This document shows, piece after piece, positions 1 through 9,692 of a DNA stretch of 64,000 nucleotides. The stretch is taken from positions 725,910 to 789,909 of the forward strand of contig CAYWVD010000001.1 of the NCBI GenBank assembly GCA_964461915.1. Reading direction: 5' to 3'. Source of the DNA: an uncultured Candidatus Saccharibacteria bacterium (lineage in GTDB: Bacteria; Patescibacteriota; Dojkabacteria; B142; OLB20). A program made the translations under genes and the position numbers. A model generated the notes under the pieces. It had not been told where the DNA came from. It saw only the letters and a program-made list of their open reading frames with translations, and searched no databases. Within the stretch, counting starts at the first letter, position 1. Every line of letters begins with the position of its first letter.

Positions 1-304
1 TGTTGATATCTTCACATTTGTAAGATGTTAAAGCGAGCTGAATTTCTCCACAAGTAGTGACTTTATCAACATTATCAGTGACTTTGATAAAAAAGCGGGA
101 AAAATTTTTTGCTAATTCTAAATCTTTTGAGTAAGTAATTCCATCATTGCTTACAGAAACATCTACAGTTCCACAAATCGAGCCCCCTGTTAAAGGCAAT
201 TCGTTTAATGAATTTTGAATATTATTCCACCACGAAACTAAAAAGAAAACTGAAGCGAACAAAGCGCCAATAAGCAAGTAATATACTAACCTTTCTCGAG
301 TCAT
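1..304 (-). CDS. Hypothetical membrane-anchored protein, 3' partial (C-terminus lies off the window). ATG at 304-302, then an N-terminal TM helix followed by LPLTG about 37 aa in.
   Basis: Manual minus-strand translation: MTRERLVYYLLIGALFASVFFLVSWWNNIQNSLNELPLTGGSICG..., open to the window edge. Confidence 0.4.
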   Translation of the reverse strand, partial: MTRERLVYYLLIGALFASVFFLVSWWNNIQNSLNELPLTGGSICGTVDVSVSNDGITYSKDLELAKNFSRFFIKVTDNVDKVTTCGEIQLALTSYKCEDIN

Positions 305-387
305 CGGATGAATGAATATTCTTATCTATATTAAAACAAAATTCACTCCAAACATCAAAATCTAGCTTTTGACATCAACTTTTAGTA

Positions 388-654
388 TTGATAGATTTAA
401 GGATAATGAATAATCGTCTTTTTGCCTTAATTGCTTCAATATGCCTATTAGTATCGGGTTTTTCTATCTATTATATTTTTGTAAATACGGCTTTAGCTGA
501 AAAATATTATCCAGTTGCTCGAATTCAAGGGGTAGATTTCGAAATTCAAGACAGCAAAATGCTGGATGAAAAACTTCAAAAGCTATTACTGGCCGAATTA
601 CCCCAAAGTTTAAATATAAATTATGAAGGAGAATCTTTTTCTATCGCAACTTAG
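388..654 (+). CDS. N-terminal TM segment of a VanW-family protein, ending at an in-frame TAG (652-654). Same frame as 859-1992.
   Basis: ORF track; hydrophobic helix ALIASICLLVSGFSIYYIF. Frame check: 388 and 859 are both 1 mod 3, and there is no other stop between 655 and 858. Confidence 0.45.
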   Translation: MIDLRIMNNRLFALIASICLLVSGFSIYYIFVNTALAEKYYPVARIQGVDFEIQDSKMLDEKLQKLLLAELPQSLNINYEGESFSIAT

Positions 655-858
655 GAATTAAATATTAAACCGGATTCCGAAATTTTATTAAATTACGGCA
701 AAGGCCAAGATCCACAAAAAATAATCTCAGAAGGGATTTCTATACTTTTATCTCAAGGAGCTGAGATAGATTATGAAATAGATCTTGAAAAAATATTTGA
801 AATTCTCCCCTTTAAAATTTCTTCAAACTCCACCGATTATGCAAATCATGTTGGTGAT

Positions 859-1992
859 TTGATTTACGGTTGTTCTTCAAAAACAATTAATTATAACTTG
901 GATAAAGTTGCTTTTATGACTAAGGTAAAAGCATCACTAGAAAATGACTCTGTCCTAGAAATTAAACTTCCCGACATCATTACCGACCCGCAAACGATTG
1001 ATCTAATTAAATATTGTGAGATTTTTAACAAATTGAGCGAAGATCTTACAAAAGAAACAGGTTTTAATACTTCATGGGAAGATATCTTCGAAACCAAAAT
1101 ACTCAATGAGTCTTTAACTTTCAGTATAAAAGAACCCGAAATTTTACAAGAATTATTTATCAAAAAGTTTTCTGAAACTTATTCAGAAAAAGACGATGGT
1201 GAATATTTTGATAAAAATGGCAAACGATATTATTACAGAATGCCAAAGAACGGAAAAGAATTATCAATTAATGATTCAATGAAAAACTTAAGATTAAAGT
1301 TAGCAAGCCCCGGTTCTAATTTTCAGATACTCGCCTTTAACGATATTTTACCTGAGTATATTCTTTTAGAAAAAGAATTCGTCGATATTTCATCCAAGCT
1401 TGGAGAAGGCATTTCAAGGCTCGATATTTACCGAGATGGCATAATAAATTATAGGATATTTAACTCACAAGAACCCTTAAAAGCCCTGAATAACTTCGTT
1501 TTGGAACCGGGGCAAGTTTTTTCTTTTCATAAGGATAGTGGCGTCGCGTTTGGGCAAGTCAGATCAGGCATTGGCGTGTGCAATTCGACAACTACTCTAT
1601 TTAGGGCGGCAATCCATTCCGGCTTGGAAATTGTTGACAGGAGTCCGCACACTTCGTATATACAATCTTATGAATATGGGGCCGATTACCCTTTAAACAT
1701 CGTTGAGGCGACATATTTTGGAGGACCTTTAGTTGATTTCAAATTCAAAAATGATACGGCCTACCCTATTGCCTTAAAAGTAACTCTTTATAGAAAAAAC
1801 GATGGATATCAATACCATACTGTAGAAGTATATGGAAGCCCTAAAGAGCCCAAACGCGAAGTTGAATTAACTGACTGGAAAAAATGGGGGGTTAAAGATT
1901 CTATTCACTTTAGCGGCTCCTTCACGAGAGTAATCAAAGTTGATGGTGATATAATCAAAACAGATACATATAAATCTTATTACTTCGACTAA
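859..1992 (+). CDS. VanW-family protein (VanW domain). Likely one gene with 388-654, interrupted by an amber codon.
   Basis: Motifs VLEPGQVFSFH and GQVRSGIGVCNSTTTLFRAAIHSGLEIVDRSPH are typical of VanW (PF04294). Confidence 0.75.
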   Translation: MIYGCSSKTINYNLDKVAFMTKVKASLENDSVLEIKLPDIITDPQTIDLIKYCEIFNKLSEDLTKETGFNTSWEDIFETKILNESLTFSIKEPEILQELFIKKFSETYSEKDDGEYFDKNGKRYYYRMPKNGKELSINDSMKNLRLKLASPGSNFQILAFNDILPEYILLEKEFVDISSKLGEGISRLDIYRDGIINYRIFNSQEPLKALNNFVLEPGQVFSFHKDSGVAFGQVRSGIGVCNSTTTLFRAAIHSGLEIVDRSPHTSYIQSYEYGADYPLNIVEATYFGGPLVDFKFKNDTAYPIALKVTLYRKNDGYQYHTVEVYGSPKEPKREVELTDWKKWGVKDSIHFSGSFTRVIKVDGDIIKTDTYKSYYFD

Positions 1993-1993
1993 A

Positions 1994-3457
1994 ATGACAA
2001 GAAAATTTACTATACTCCATTCAAATGACATGCATGGCGATTTTTTTGCTGAAAACCCTGAAGAACGCGGGGAGTTAATTGGTGGACTGGCATTGCTTTC
2101 GGGGTATATTAATAAGGTTAGAGCTAAAGAAAAGAATGTAATTTATGTAATTTCCGGAGATATGGTGCAAGGCTCTATCATTGATACTGAATACAAAGGC
2201 ATTTCGACCATTGAGATTATGAATTACCTTGCTCCAGATGTTGTTGCACTTGGGAATCACGAATTTGATTATGGACTTCCTCACCTTCTATTCCTTGAAA
2301 AAATGGCCAACTTTCCGATAGTAAATGCCAACCTTTATATCAAGCAATACAATAAAAGGTTAATGATGCCTTATCTTATAAAAAAGATGGACGGCTTTGA
2401 TATTCTTTTTACAGGAATTATTACCGAAAAAGTCATCGATTCAATCAAGCAGGATGAATTAATAGGAAGTTTTGTAACACTACAAGAGGCAAGCCAAGAA
2501 GTTGGAAAAATCTGTAATGCTTACAAAAAGAACGATATAGATTTAACGATTCTTTTAACTCATATTGGCCTTGATTCTGATTTAGCCCTTGCCAAAATGC
2601 TTAAAAAAGATTGGGGCGTAGATATGATAATTGGTGGACACAGCCACTCTATTTTAGAAAAGCCCGAAGTTGTTAACGATATTCTTATTACTCAGGCTGG
2701 CGTTGGTACAAACCAAATTGGTCGATTCGACATTACCGTTGACGATGATTCAAACTCAATTATCGATTACAAATGGCGACTCATCAAAATCGACAATAGA
2801 ATCGCAGAGCCCGATAAAAAACTAACAAAATTTATTAATTCTTTTAAAAAGACCGTTGATACCAAATACCAATCTATCGTATGTAAATTATCCAGAAAGC
2901 ATACTCATCCAAAAAGAGAAATCGAAACCGAACTCGGCAATTTAATTGCTGACGCAGTTCAAGATGCAGCAGAATCAGATTTTGTTCTTCTAGGCAGTGG
3001 ATCAATCAGGACCAAAGAACTAGGCCCCATTGTAACACTCATGGACTTAAAAACCTGTTTCCCTTATGACGATTCCTTAACCAGATTCACAATTAGTGGG
3101 GCCCAAATCTTTAAGATATTCGAGCATTTCATGCGAAAAGAGAATCGAAACGGCGAAGGTGAAAACTATCAAGTCAATATGGGCATCCAAGCCATCTATA
3201 GCGAATCCGAAGCCAGATTATTAAGCCTTAAAAAAGACAAAGAAGATATTAAATTTGATGAATTCTACACAATTTGTTTGCAGGGCTATCATTACAAAAA
3301 CTCTAAAACTTATCTAAATATTTCTAAAGAAGAGCTTGAACTTTCGGGAAAGACAAAAGTAATCAGTACTTCGGCTCAAGAGGTAATTGAGGAATACCTC
3401 AGAAACAACCAAAACACCTTCCGAGAAACCGAAGGCAGACTTGTCTATGAAAAATAA
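1994..3457 (+). CDS. Bifunctional metallophosphatase / 5'-nucleotidase family protein.
   Basis: Calcineurin-like phosphoesterase motifs HSNDMHGDF, GDMVQGS, GNHEFDYG; 5'-nucleotidase C-terminal-like region. Confidence 0.8.
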   Translation: MTRKFTILHSNDMHGDFFAENPEERGELIGGLALLSGYINKVRAKEKNVIYVISGDMVQGSIIDTEYKGISTIEIMNYLAPDVVALGNHEFDYGLPHLLFLEKMANFPIVNANLYIKQYNKRLMMPYLIKKMDGFDILFTGIITEKVIDSIKQDELIGSFVTLQEASQEVGKICNAYKKNDIDLTILLTHIGLDSDLALAKMLKKDWGVDMIIGGHSHSILEKPEVVNDILITQAGVGTNQIGRFDITVDDDSNSIIDYKWRLIKIDNRIAEPDKKLTKFINSFKKTVDTKYQSIVCKLSRKHTHPKREIETELGNLIADAVQDAAESDFVLLGSGSIRTKELGPIVTLMDLKTCFPYDDSLTRFTISGAQIFKIFEHFMRKENRNGEGENYQVNMGIQAIYSESEARLLSLKKDKEDIKFDEFYTICLQGYHYKNSKTYLNISKEELELSGKTKVISTSAQEVIEEYLRNNQNTFRETEGRLVYEK

Positions 3458-3464
3458 ATAGTAT

Positions 3465-4571
3465 CTATACCAGGTTTTTATTGTATTTATTTACAACTTG
3501 AAGAAGTTGTTCCGAGGCTCGTTTTCTACCGAACTTCTCTCTTTCCTTTAATTGGGCCTCATTAATTTTTCGATAACTTTCAGGATTATTAACAAGCGAT
3601 TCTAAAGCATTGGCAAATTCAACCGGATCCGCATTCTCATCAATATGAACTGCAGTTAGGCCATTTACAGTTACGCCTTCAGTTTCTCGGCCAAAAAGCC
3701 TGACAATGGGCAGCCCCGAAGCTATAGCTTCCATCAAAACCAAACTTTGAGCCTCCATTACCGATGAATTTACAAATACATCAGCCTCATCATAAAGTGG
3801 TATTAGGTTTTCAATCCCAAGCTTTCCATGATAGAAAATATTTCCCCTTTTATATTTTTTTAAGGCTCCCATAAATTTAGCATGATAATTAGCATCTTCT
3901 GGGCCGCCCACCAAATGCAAAATATAATTATTTGGCAAATTCTCCATCACTTTGATCATGTAGAGTTGGTTCTTACGGGCTTCAAAATTTGCTATATACA
4001 ATAAATTTATTTTTTTATTCGGATTGACTTCCCTTTCGTGGTATTTAAATAAATCCAGATTGATTCCATTACCAATTATTTCAATCACTCTACCTGGGAA
4101 GAGTCCCTTAACATATTTTTCCATCTCTTCATTTAAAGCGACAATTACATCTACACTTTTTATGGCATCTTTAAAAACTTTTATAATTGAACTCATAACA
4201 AAGTCAGGCCAATATTCGCCCAAAAACAGCCTTGTTTTTAATAAACTTTCTATTCTTGAATGAACATAATAAAAAGATAAAACTTTATTTTTATGAGCAT
4301 AATCAATCAGCATAATATCTGTTGGATAATTACTATTGGCAACAACAATATCAGGGCTAAATTCTTTTATTAATTTTTGATTATTTATTGGATCAATTGT
4401 AATCTTGATAAAGTCTTCAGGAGCTTCATTTGTCATAAGATTTTTCGGACTTATTCTGCAGAATATTTTTGCGGAATGACCCGATTCTCTTAAAGCAATT
4501 GCTAACTGCCTTGGTGCTATGACATACCCATTAATTGCATTCAAATTGTCGAGGGATATTAAAAATTTCAA
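3465..4571 (-). CDS. Glycosyltransferase family 4 (GT-B fold).
   Basis: C-terminal EADVFVNSSVMEAQSLVLMEAIASGLPIV motif typical of GT4/RfaG-like enzymes. Confidence 0.8.
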   Translation of the reverse strand: MKFLISLDNLNAINGYVIAPRQLAIALRESGHSAKIFCRISPKNLMTNEAPEDFIKITIDPINNQKLIKEFSPDIVVANSNYPTDIMLIDYAHKNKVLSFYYVHSRIESLLKTRLFLGEYWPDFVMSSIIKVFKDAIKSVDVIVALNEEMEKYVKGLFPGRVIEIIGNGINLDLFKYHEREVNPNKKINLLYIANFEARKNQLYMIKVMENLPNNYILHLVGGPEDANYHAKFMGALKKYKRGNIFYHGKLGIENLIPLYDEADVFVNSSVMEAQSLVLMEAIASGLPIVRLFGRETEGVTVNGLTAVHIDENADPVEFANALESLVNNPESYRKINEAQLKEREKFGRKRASEQLLQVVNKYNKNLV

Positions 4572-4596
4572 TTTCCAAAATAGCTAAATTAATGGA

Positions 4597-4971
4597 TCAA
4601 TTTACCACAATAACTTTACCTGTAAATCCTGGATTTAACTTGGCATAGAACCCAAATTCCCCAAATTCGGTAAAGGTATATGTGTATGATTCTCCTGGAT
4701 TTAAAACATTGTATTGTTGCGATCCTCTTGCAATCAGCGTATGTGAAAAGGCATCCTTGTTTATAAGAGTAACGCTTGCACCAACCTTAATGGTCACAAT
4801 ATCAGGCACAAATCTTGAATCTTTAAGGTAAACAACGACATTGTCACTACTAACGCCAAGATTTGGATTATTTTCGAATTTTTCAGAAACTGATGGACAG
4901 CTTTTGTATACAAAATATCCAAAAAAAAGGAGGGCTAATATAAAGATTGTAACAATAAGATTTGTTTTCAT
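4597..4971 (-). CDS. Small secreted/lipoprotein, possibly a cupredoxin-like beta-sandwich without a copper site.
   Basis: N-terminal TM/signal with Cys (YKSCPSV); no His/Cys/Met copper-ligand set; fold assignment is a guess. Confidence 0.4.
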   Translation of the reverse strand: MKTNLIVTIFILALLFFGYFVYKSCPSVSEKFENNPNLGVSSDNVVVYLKDSRFVPDIVTIKVGASVTLINKDAFSHTLIARGSQQYNVLNPGESYTYTFTEFGEFGFYAKLNPGFTGKVIVVN

Positions 4972-5032
4972 TTGGAATACCCAGTTAAGAATTCAAAACG
5001 GATAAATCCTCTAGAAATTACATCATAACAGA

Positions 5033-5623
5033 TTACTTTAAGTCGGTTTTAAACTGAAAAGAAATTCCAATCGCAGTTAAAGCTATAAACCCAATTAAGA
5101 AAAGCGGTTCTGCCCAGAATATTTTGGATAGATCCTCAAAAACATTAGCATCTGCCATTGATAGGGCTGCATTTTTTAATGATAATACTCCAAAGATTGT
5201 ATACGCAGCCCCAACACTAGCCGTAGCAAATACTAAAATCATCTTTTCCACTTTAAAAATCAACAAAAGCAGCCCTACTATCAAGGAAAAAACTATTATT
5301 ACTAAATCTTTATATGTCCCCAAATCAAGCCCCAGATAAATTATTAAGCCCTTTGATACTTCGGCCGTAATTCCAAAAAATATTAAAAATATTCCAAGCT
5401 TGTAAACTCCGTAACTTATTAGCCCTAAAACTATTCCAAGGATTACGCTTAAAACAATATGTAGCTGGGCTTCCAACCCACTAAAGATTTTAAATCCAAT
5501 GTAAAAACCTAAAATGAAAGCACTAATGGTAAGGTATAACCTAAAGACTTTATAGCCTTTAAAGACACCCAAAAGCCCAAAAACAATCATTAGAACACTA
5601 TAGATTGAAATCCCTAAATCCAT
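5033..5623 (-). CDS. Polytopic membrane protein, hypothetical.
   Basis: About 6 hydrophobic helices across 196 aa. Confidence 0.5.
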   Translation of the reverse strand: MDLGISIYSVLMIVFGLLGVFKGYKVFRLYLTISAFILGFYIGFKIFSGLEAQLHIVLSVILGIVLGLISYGVYKLGIFLIFFGITAEVSKGLIIYLGLDLGTYKDLVIIVFSLIVGLLLLIFKVEKMILVFATASVGAAYTIFGVLSLKNAALSMADANVFEDLSKIFWAEPLFLIGFIALTAIGISFQFKTDLK

Positions 5624-5657
5624 TATTTCTGATAATAATATTCAATGATAGTTTCGC

Positions 5658-6776
5658 TTAACTATGAAGCTTAGTCAAGAAGATTACAATCTCCGTACCC
5701 ACTCCCATTTCGCTAGTTACTTTAATATCAAAATCGTGAGCATCGCATATTTCTTTCACTATGGCGAGTCCTAAACCCAAGCCTCCGGTTTCACTACTTC
5801 TTGATTTATCTACACGATAAAATCTTTCAAAAATATATGGAATATCTTTCGCAGAAATTCCTATACCCGAATCTTTAATGCTAATCTGATTATTATTTGC
5901 AGTAATTACAATTTCTCCCTTTTTAGTATATTTATAAGCATTTTCAATAAGATTATCCAGGACCGCTCTAAATTTTACTGAATCAGCAGAAATTTTTAAA
6001 CCTTCATCAACTATCGATATAAATTTAATATCTTTGTCCTTAGCATTATATCCAGACAAGACTGAATCCAGCATCTTTTTAAAATCGACCTTTTCTATCT
6101 TAAGTTTTTCTTTACCAGCACGGATTTCAATTAAATCTTGAAGTCTAGCGATAATATATTTTAATTGTTCAACATTATCCAAAATTTTATCAACTTGTTT
6201 ATCATCTGCTTTATAAACACCATCTTTAATACCCTCTAATTGTCCTTGGATTTTAGTTAGCGGAGTTCTGAGTTCATGTGTAATATCTGATACTAGCTCA
6301 GCCCTCATAGCTTCAATATTATCAAGTTCATCAAGCAATTGATTAAATCTTTTGATCAATTCTTGTACTTCATAAGGGCCCTCTATTTCAAGTCTTCCTC
6401 TGTATCTATTCTCAATAACATTTTGCATACCCTTTTCCATCTTACTTAATGGATCCGTAATAGTTTTTGAAGTGTACAATGCAGAACCCACAGCCGCTAT
6501 TGCCCCGATTAAAGTTGAAATAAAAGTATTAATAACAATAGTTCTTCTAAAGTCATCGTTAAGCATTTCTAATCGCATCATTCTTTCCATACCAAGGCCA
6601 AGGCGCATAAAACCGGCATCGTTCATTTCAAGTTCCTGTCTACTTAAAAAATGATCAAATGCAATGTTAGATCTGTAAAGCTGGTAAAGACTACTCGAAA
6701 GAGTAATTATAAAAGTTGTAATAAAAACTGCTATAAATATTCTAAAATTTATAGTTCCAAAAAATGTTTTTGTCAT
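5658..6776 (-). CDS. Sensor histidine kinase (two TM, HAMP, HisKA, HATPase_c).
   Basis: H-box ITHELRTPLT; N/G boxes DNLIENAYKYT, DSGIGI, GGLGLGLAIV. Confidence 0.85.
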   Translation of the reverse strand: MTKTFFGTINFRIFIAVFITTFIITLSSSLYQLYRSNIAFDHFLSRQELEMNDAGFMRLGLGMERMMRLEMLNDDFRRTIVINTFISTLIGAIAAVGSALYTSKTITDPLSKMEKGMQNVIENRYRGRLEIEGPYEVQELIKRFNQLLDELDNIEAMRAELVSDITHELRTPLTKIQGQLEGIKDGVYKADDKQVDKILDNVEQLKYIIARLQDLIEIRAGKEKLKIEKVDFKKMLDSVLSGYNAKDKDIKFISIVDEGLKISADSVKFRAVLDNLIENAYKYTKKGEIVITANNNQISIKDSGIGISAKDIPYIFERFYRVDKSRSSETGGLGLGLAIVKEICDAHDFDIKVTSEMGVGTEIVIFLTKLHS

Positions 6777-6789
6777 AACGAAAAATTAA

Positions 6790-7470
6790 TCATTCAAGAA
6801 ATTTATACCCAACACCCCTAATGGTTGTAATGTATTTGGGGTCTTTTGGATTATCATCCAAAGCTTTTCTGATATTTTTTATATGAGCATCGATTGTCCT
6901 ATCGAAAACCTCAGAAGCAAAATCTTCCTTGTACCCCTTATCAAGTAGTTCGTCCCTTTTTAAAACCCTTCCTGCATTTTTAGCCAAAGCTATCAAAATA
7001 TCATATTGGATCTTAGTTAATGTAATTGTTTTTTCTCCTTGATTCAAAGCATAATTGCCGACATCAAAAGAAAGATCTTTAATATTCAAAATCTCCTCAC
7101 CAAAAACATCACCCGCCCTTTTTAATAAAGCCTTTACCCTAGCGACCATGATCTTTGGAGAGAATGGTTTTTTAATATAATCATCCGCTCCTAAATCAAA
7201 TCCTATAGATTCGTCAATTTCTTTTGTCCTTGCTGTAACCATTATTATTGGTATAGAACTTAGCTTTCGAATACCCTTACATACCTCAAGACCATCCATT
7301 TTTGGCAAGTTTAAATCAAGTATTACTAGATCAGGTTTTTGGGTATCTACCATTAAAAGCCCGGCCTTGCCTTCTGCGGCAACGACAACTTCAAAACCGT
7401 TACTCTCAAGATAATCTTTTTCTATTTTGCGAATTTCAGGATCATCTTCAATTATTAATATTCTAGACAT
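6790..7470 (-). CDS. OmpR-family response regulator (receiver plus winged-helix).
   Basis: ILIIEDD...DLVILDLNLPKMDG receiver; C-terminal TTIRGVGYKF wHTH motif. Confidence 0.9.
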   Translation of the reverse strand: MSRILIIEDDPEIRKIEKDYLESNGFEVVVAAEGKAGLLMVDTQKPDLVILDLNLPKMDGLEVCKGIRKLSSIPIIMVTARTKEIDESIGFDLGADDYIKKPFSPKIMVARVKALLKRAGDVFGEEILNIKDLSFDVGNYALNQGEKTITLTKIQYDILIALAKNAGRVLKRDELLDKGYKEDFASEVFDRTIDAHIKNIRKALDDNPKDPKYITTIRGVGYKFLE

Positions 7471-7663
7471 TTTTGATAATTAACTAGTTTAATTTTCCCC
7501 TTTTTATGTGATTGTTTTATGATTAAAGATGTTTTCTTTGATTATAACAAATTCCCATAGTCTTAAAACCGCATCGAGTAAATTATTTATACACTTTTTG
7601 TCCACCCACTTATCGCAAATATTCGAACCTTATCCACAAAACCATACACAAGGTTACGAAAAA

Positions 7664-7712
7664 CTAGGCAAAAAAGAAACCGGGCCCCTTTTCAGGGACC
7701 CGGTGTATTTAT
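7664..7712 (-). terminator. Rho-independent terminator downstream of the RRM-protein gene.
   Basis: On the minus strand: CCGGGUCCC-UGAAAA-GGGGCCCGG stem-loop followed by UUUCUUUUUU. Confidence 0.6.
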
Positions 7713-7727
7713 TTAACCAATTATTGA

Positions 7728-8027
7728 TTAATTGTAGCTAGGTCTACTTCCGTAGTTTCCTCTTCTTTCGAATCTACCATTGCTTGGTCTTTCTTCTTTT
7801 GGCCTTGCAACTTGAACTGTTAAAGCTCTACCGAAGGCTTCTTTCTCATGCATTGCTTCAACAGCAGCTTGAGCTTCTTCTTCTGTCTCAAATGTAACAA
7901 AGGCGAAACCTTTGCCCATTGGTTTATAAATATCTACGATCTTACCAAATTGAGACATATGCTCACTTAGCTGATCTTGAGTAACCTCATAAGAGAGATT
8001 CCCAATAAATAACTTCTTTTTATCCAC
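7728..8027 (-). CDS. RNA-binding protein with an RRM domain.
   Basis: RNP-2 LFIGNLSYEV and RNP-1 KGFAFVTF motifs; Gly/Arg-rich tail. Confidence 0.85.
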   Translation of the reverse strand: MDKKKLFIGNLSYEVTQDQLSEHMSQFGKIVDIYKPMGKGFAFVTFETEEEAQAAVEAMHEKEAFGRALTVQVARPKEERPSNGRFERRGNYGSRPSYN

Positions 8028-8191
8028 TTAAGATAAAAATAAAAAATAAATTAAGGGAGAGAAAGAATATTTCGGAGGAAATAACACTCTGCACCTTTAC
8101 AGTTGATATTATACCATAGAAATCATTTTTAAACACCAATTGACTAATATTAAGAATTGGATTAATAATTAGGTATATTAATAATATTAAA

Positions 8192-8800
8192 ATGAATAAT
8201 AAGATAGTCATTTTACTTATCTCCCTTTTTATAATAATTTTAATTTGTTGCGGAGTGCTCTATTTCATAATTAAACCCGCATGGTTACCGGGCGTAGGTT
8301 TGTTATCTAATACATCTCAATCATCTGCAGAAGAATTAACACCTTGCTGGTCAGATCAAACCACAAAAACAGTTTCTCTACGAGACAAGAACATTGTTAC
8401 CGAAATGGAGTTCTGTTCAGTTGAAGGGAACTCTACTGAGTGTAAAAATATAACAGGTTCAAGATCGGTCCCTTTATCCAGGTATAAAGATGGCTATAAA
8501 GGGAATTTTACAGAGGATTTAACTTACTCAGCCGAACCCGCTTACGGAGAATACTTACCCAAGATAGATTATATGATCCAAGTCTGCGACCAAAACAATA
8601 TGACTAAAAAAAGTGCCGTAAAGTCAAAAACCCCAAACCCCGAGAACTTAACCTCTGGAGATTCCACGGGCTTTTATGGAGGATTGAAATTTAATTATTA
8701 TCCCAGCAAAACCGGCACCTACAGAATTGATGGTTATACATATTTTGACGGTACTTGGTATTTAACAAATAGAATCGAAGGAGTTTCTTTCACAGAATAA
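8192..8800 (+). CDS. Secreted/membrane-anchored hypothetical protein.
   Basis: N-terminal TM helix; Cys-containing ectodomain. Confidence 0.5.
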   Translation: MNNKIVILLISLFIIILICCGVLYFIIKPAWLPGVGLLSNTSQSSAEELTPCWSDQTTKTVSLRDKNIVTEMEFCSVEGNSTECKNITGSRSVPLSRYKDGYKGNFTEDLTYSAEPAYGEYLPKIDYMIQVCDQNNMTKKSAVKSKTPNPENLTSGDSTGFYGGLKFNYYPSKTGTYRIDGYTYFDGTWYLTNRIEGVSFTE

Positions 8801-8810
8801 AAATCAATTT

Positions 8811-9650
8811 ATGGGAAATATGATTTGCAAATCAAATTTGGCCGAAATTCAGTCTTTGGTTCAAATAAAATCACTAAGGAAGTTTAAACCCATATTTTCT
8901 AGGACAAAATGGATAATCAATAATGAATATGTACTTAAAGTATGGGATAAAGATCAGTATAGGCATTATGAAAAGGAGCATTATATGCTTCATTTTTTAT
9001 CTGATAAATTAAAAAATATTCCAAAAGTAAAATGCTCTAACTTCCCCTATATTTTAATGAGCAAATTGTCAGGCAACACATTGAATGACGATTGGCACAA
9101 ATTAAGCTTATCTGAAAAGGAATGCTTTATTATACAAATCTGCGAATTTATTGAACTCATCTCTAAACAAGATTATTCAAGCAGTAAAAGGATATTCCCC
9201 AAAATAAAAAACTGGCAAAAATGGGTTAAAGATCAGTTCTTTTCTAATTTAGACATAGCAATTACTAATAATTTAATTCCCAAATCTGAATTTGATGAAT
9301 TAAAAAATGTTTTTTTGCAAAATGAATATGCTCTAAAAGAACAGAAAATGCAAATCATGTATTACGATATACACTTCGGGAACTTCTTAATAGAAAACGA
9401 TAGCATCTCAGGTATTTTAGACTTCGAACGAGTAGACTGGGTATCAATTGACTATTGTTTAAACTGGATTAAAAGGATGGATAGCCATTCCGAAGAATAT
9501 TCAATAAAAAAAGATGAAACTTCAATTTTTAATCTATTCAAAAAACACTACCCATCGCTATTCGAATTCGAGCACATAGAAGAAAGATTACTTATTTATG
9601 AAATGCTTTCGGATCTTAGGATAAAAATTAATAAGAAAAAAGCATCTTAA
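8811..9650 (+). CDS. Phosphotransferase-family (APH/ChoK-like) kinase.
   Basis: Catalytic-loop-like DIHFGNFLI and DFE(R) motif resembling HGDxxxxN...DFG of aminoglycoside/choline kinases. Confidence 0.55.
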   Translation: MGNMICKSNLAEIQSLVQIKSLRKFKPIFSRTKWIINNEYVLKVWDKDQYRHYEKEHYMLHFLSDKLKNIPKVKCSNFPYILMSKLSGNTLNDDWHKLSLSEKECFIIQICEFIELISKQDYSSSKRIFPKIKNWQKWVKDQFFSNLDIAITNNLIPKSEFDELKNVFLQNEYALKEQKMQIMYYDIHFGNFLIENDSISGILDFERVDWVSIDYCLNWIKRMDSHSEEYSIKKDETSIFNLFKKHYPSLFEFEHIEERLLIYEMLSDLRIKINKKKAS

Positions 9651-9692
9651 TTTAAGGCATGATTTGCTATAAAATTAATTTATTAATTATAA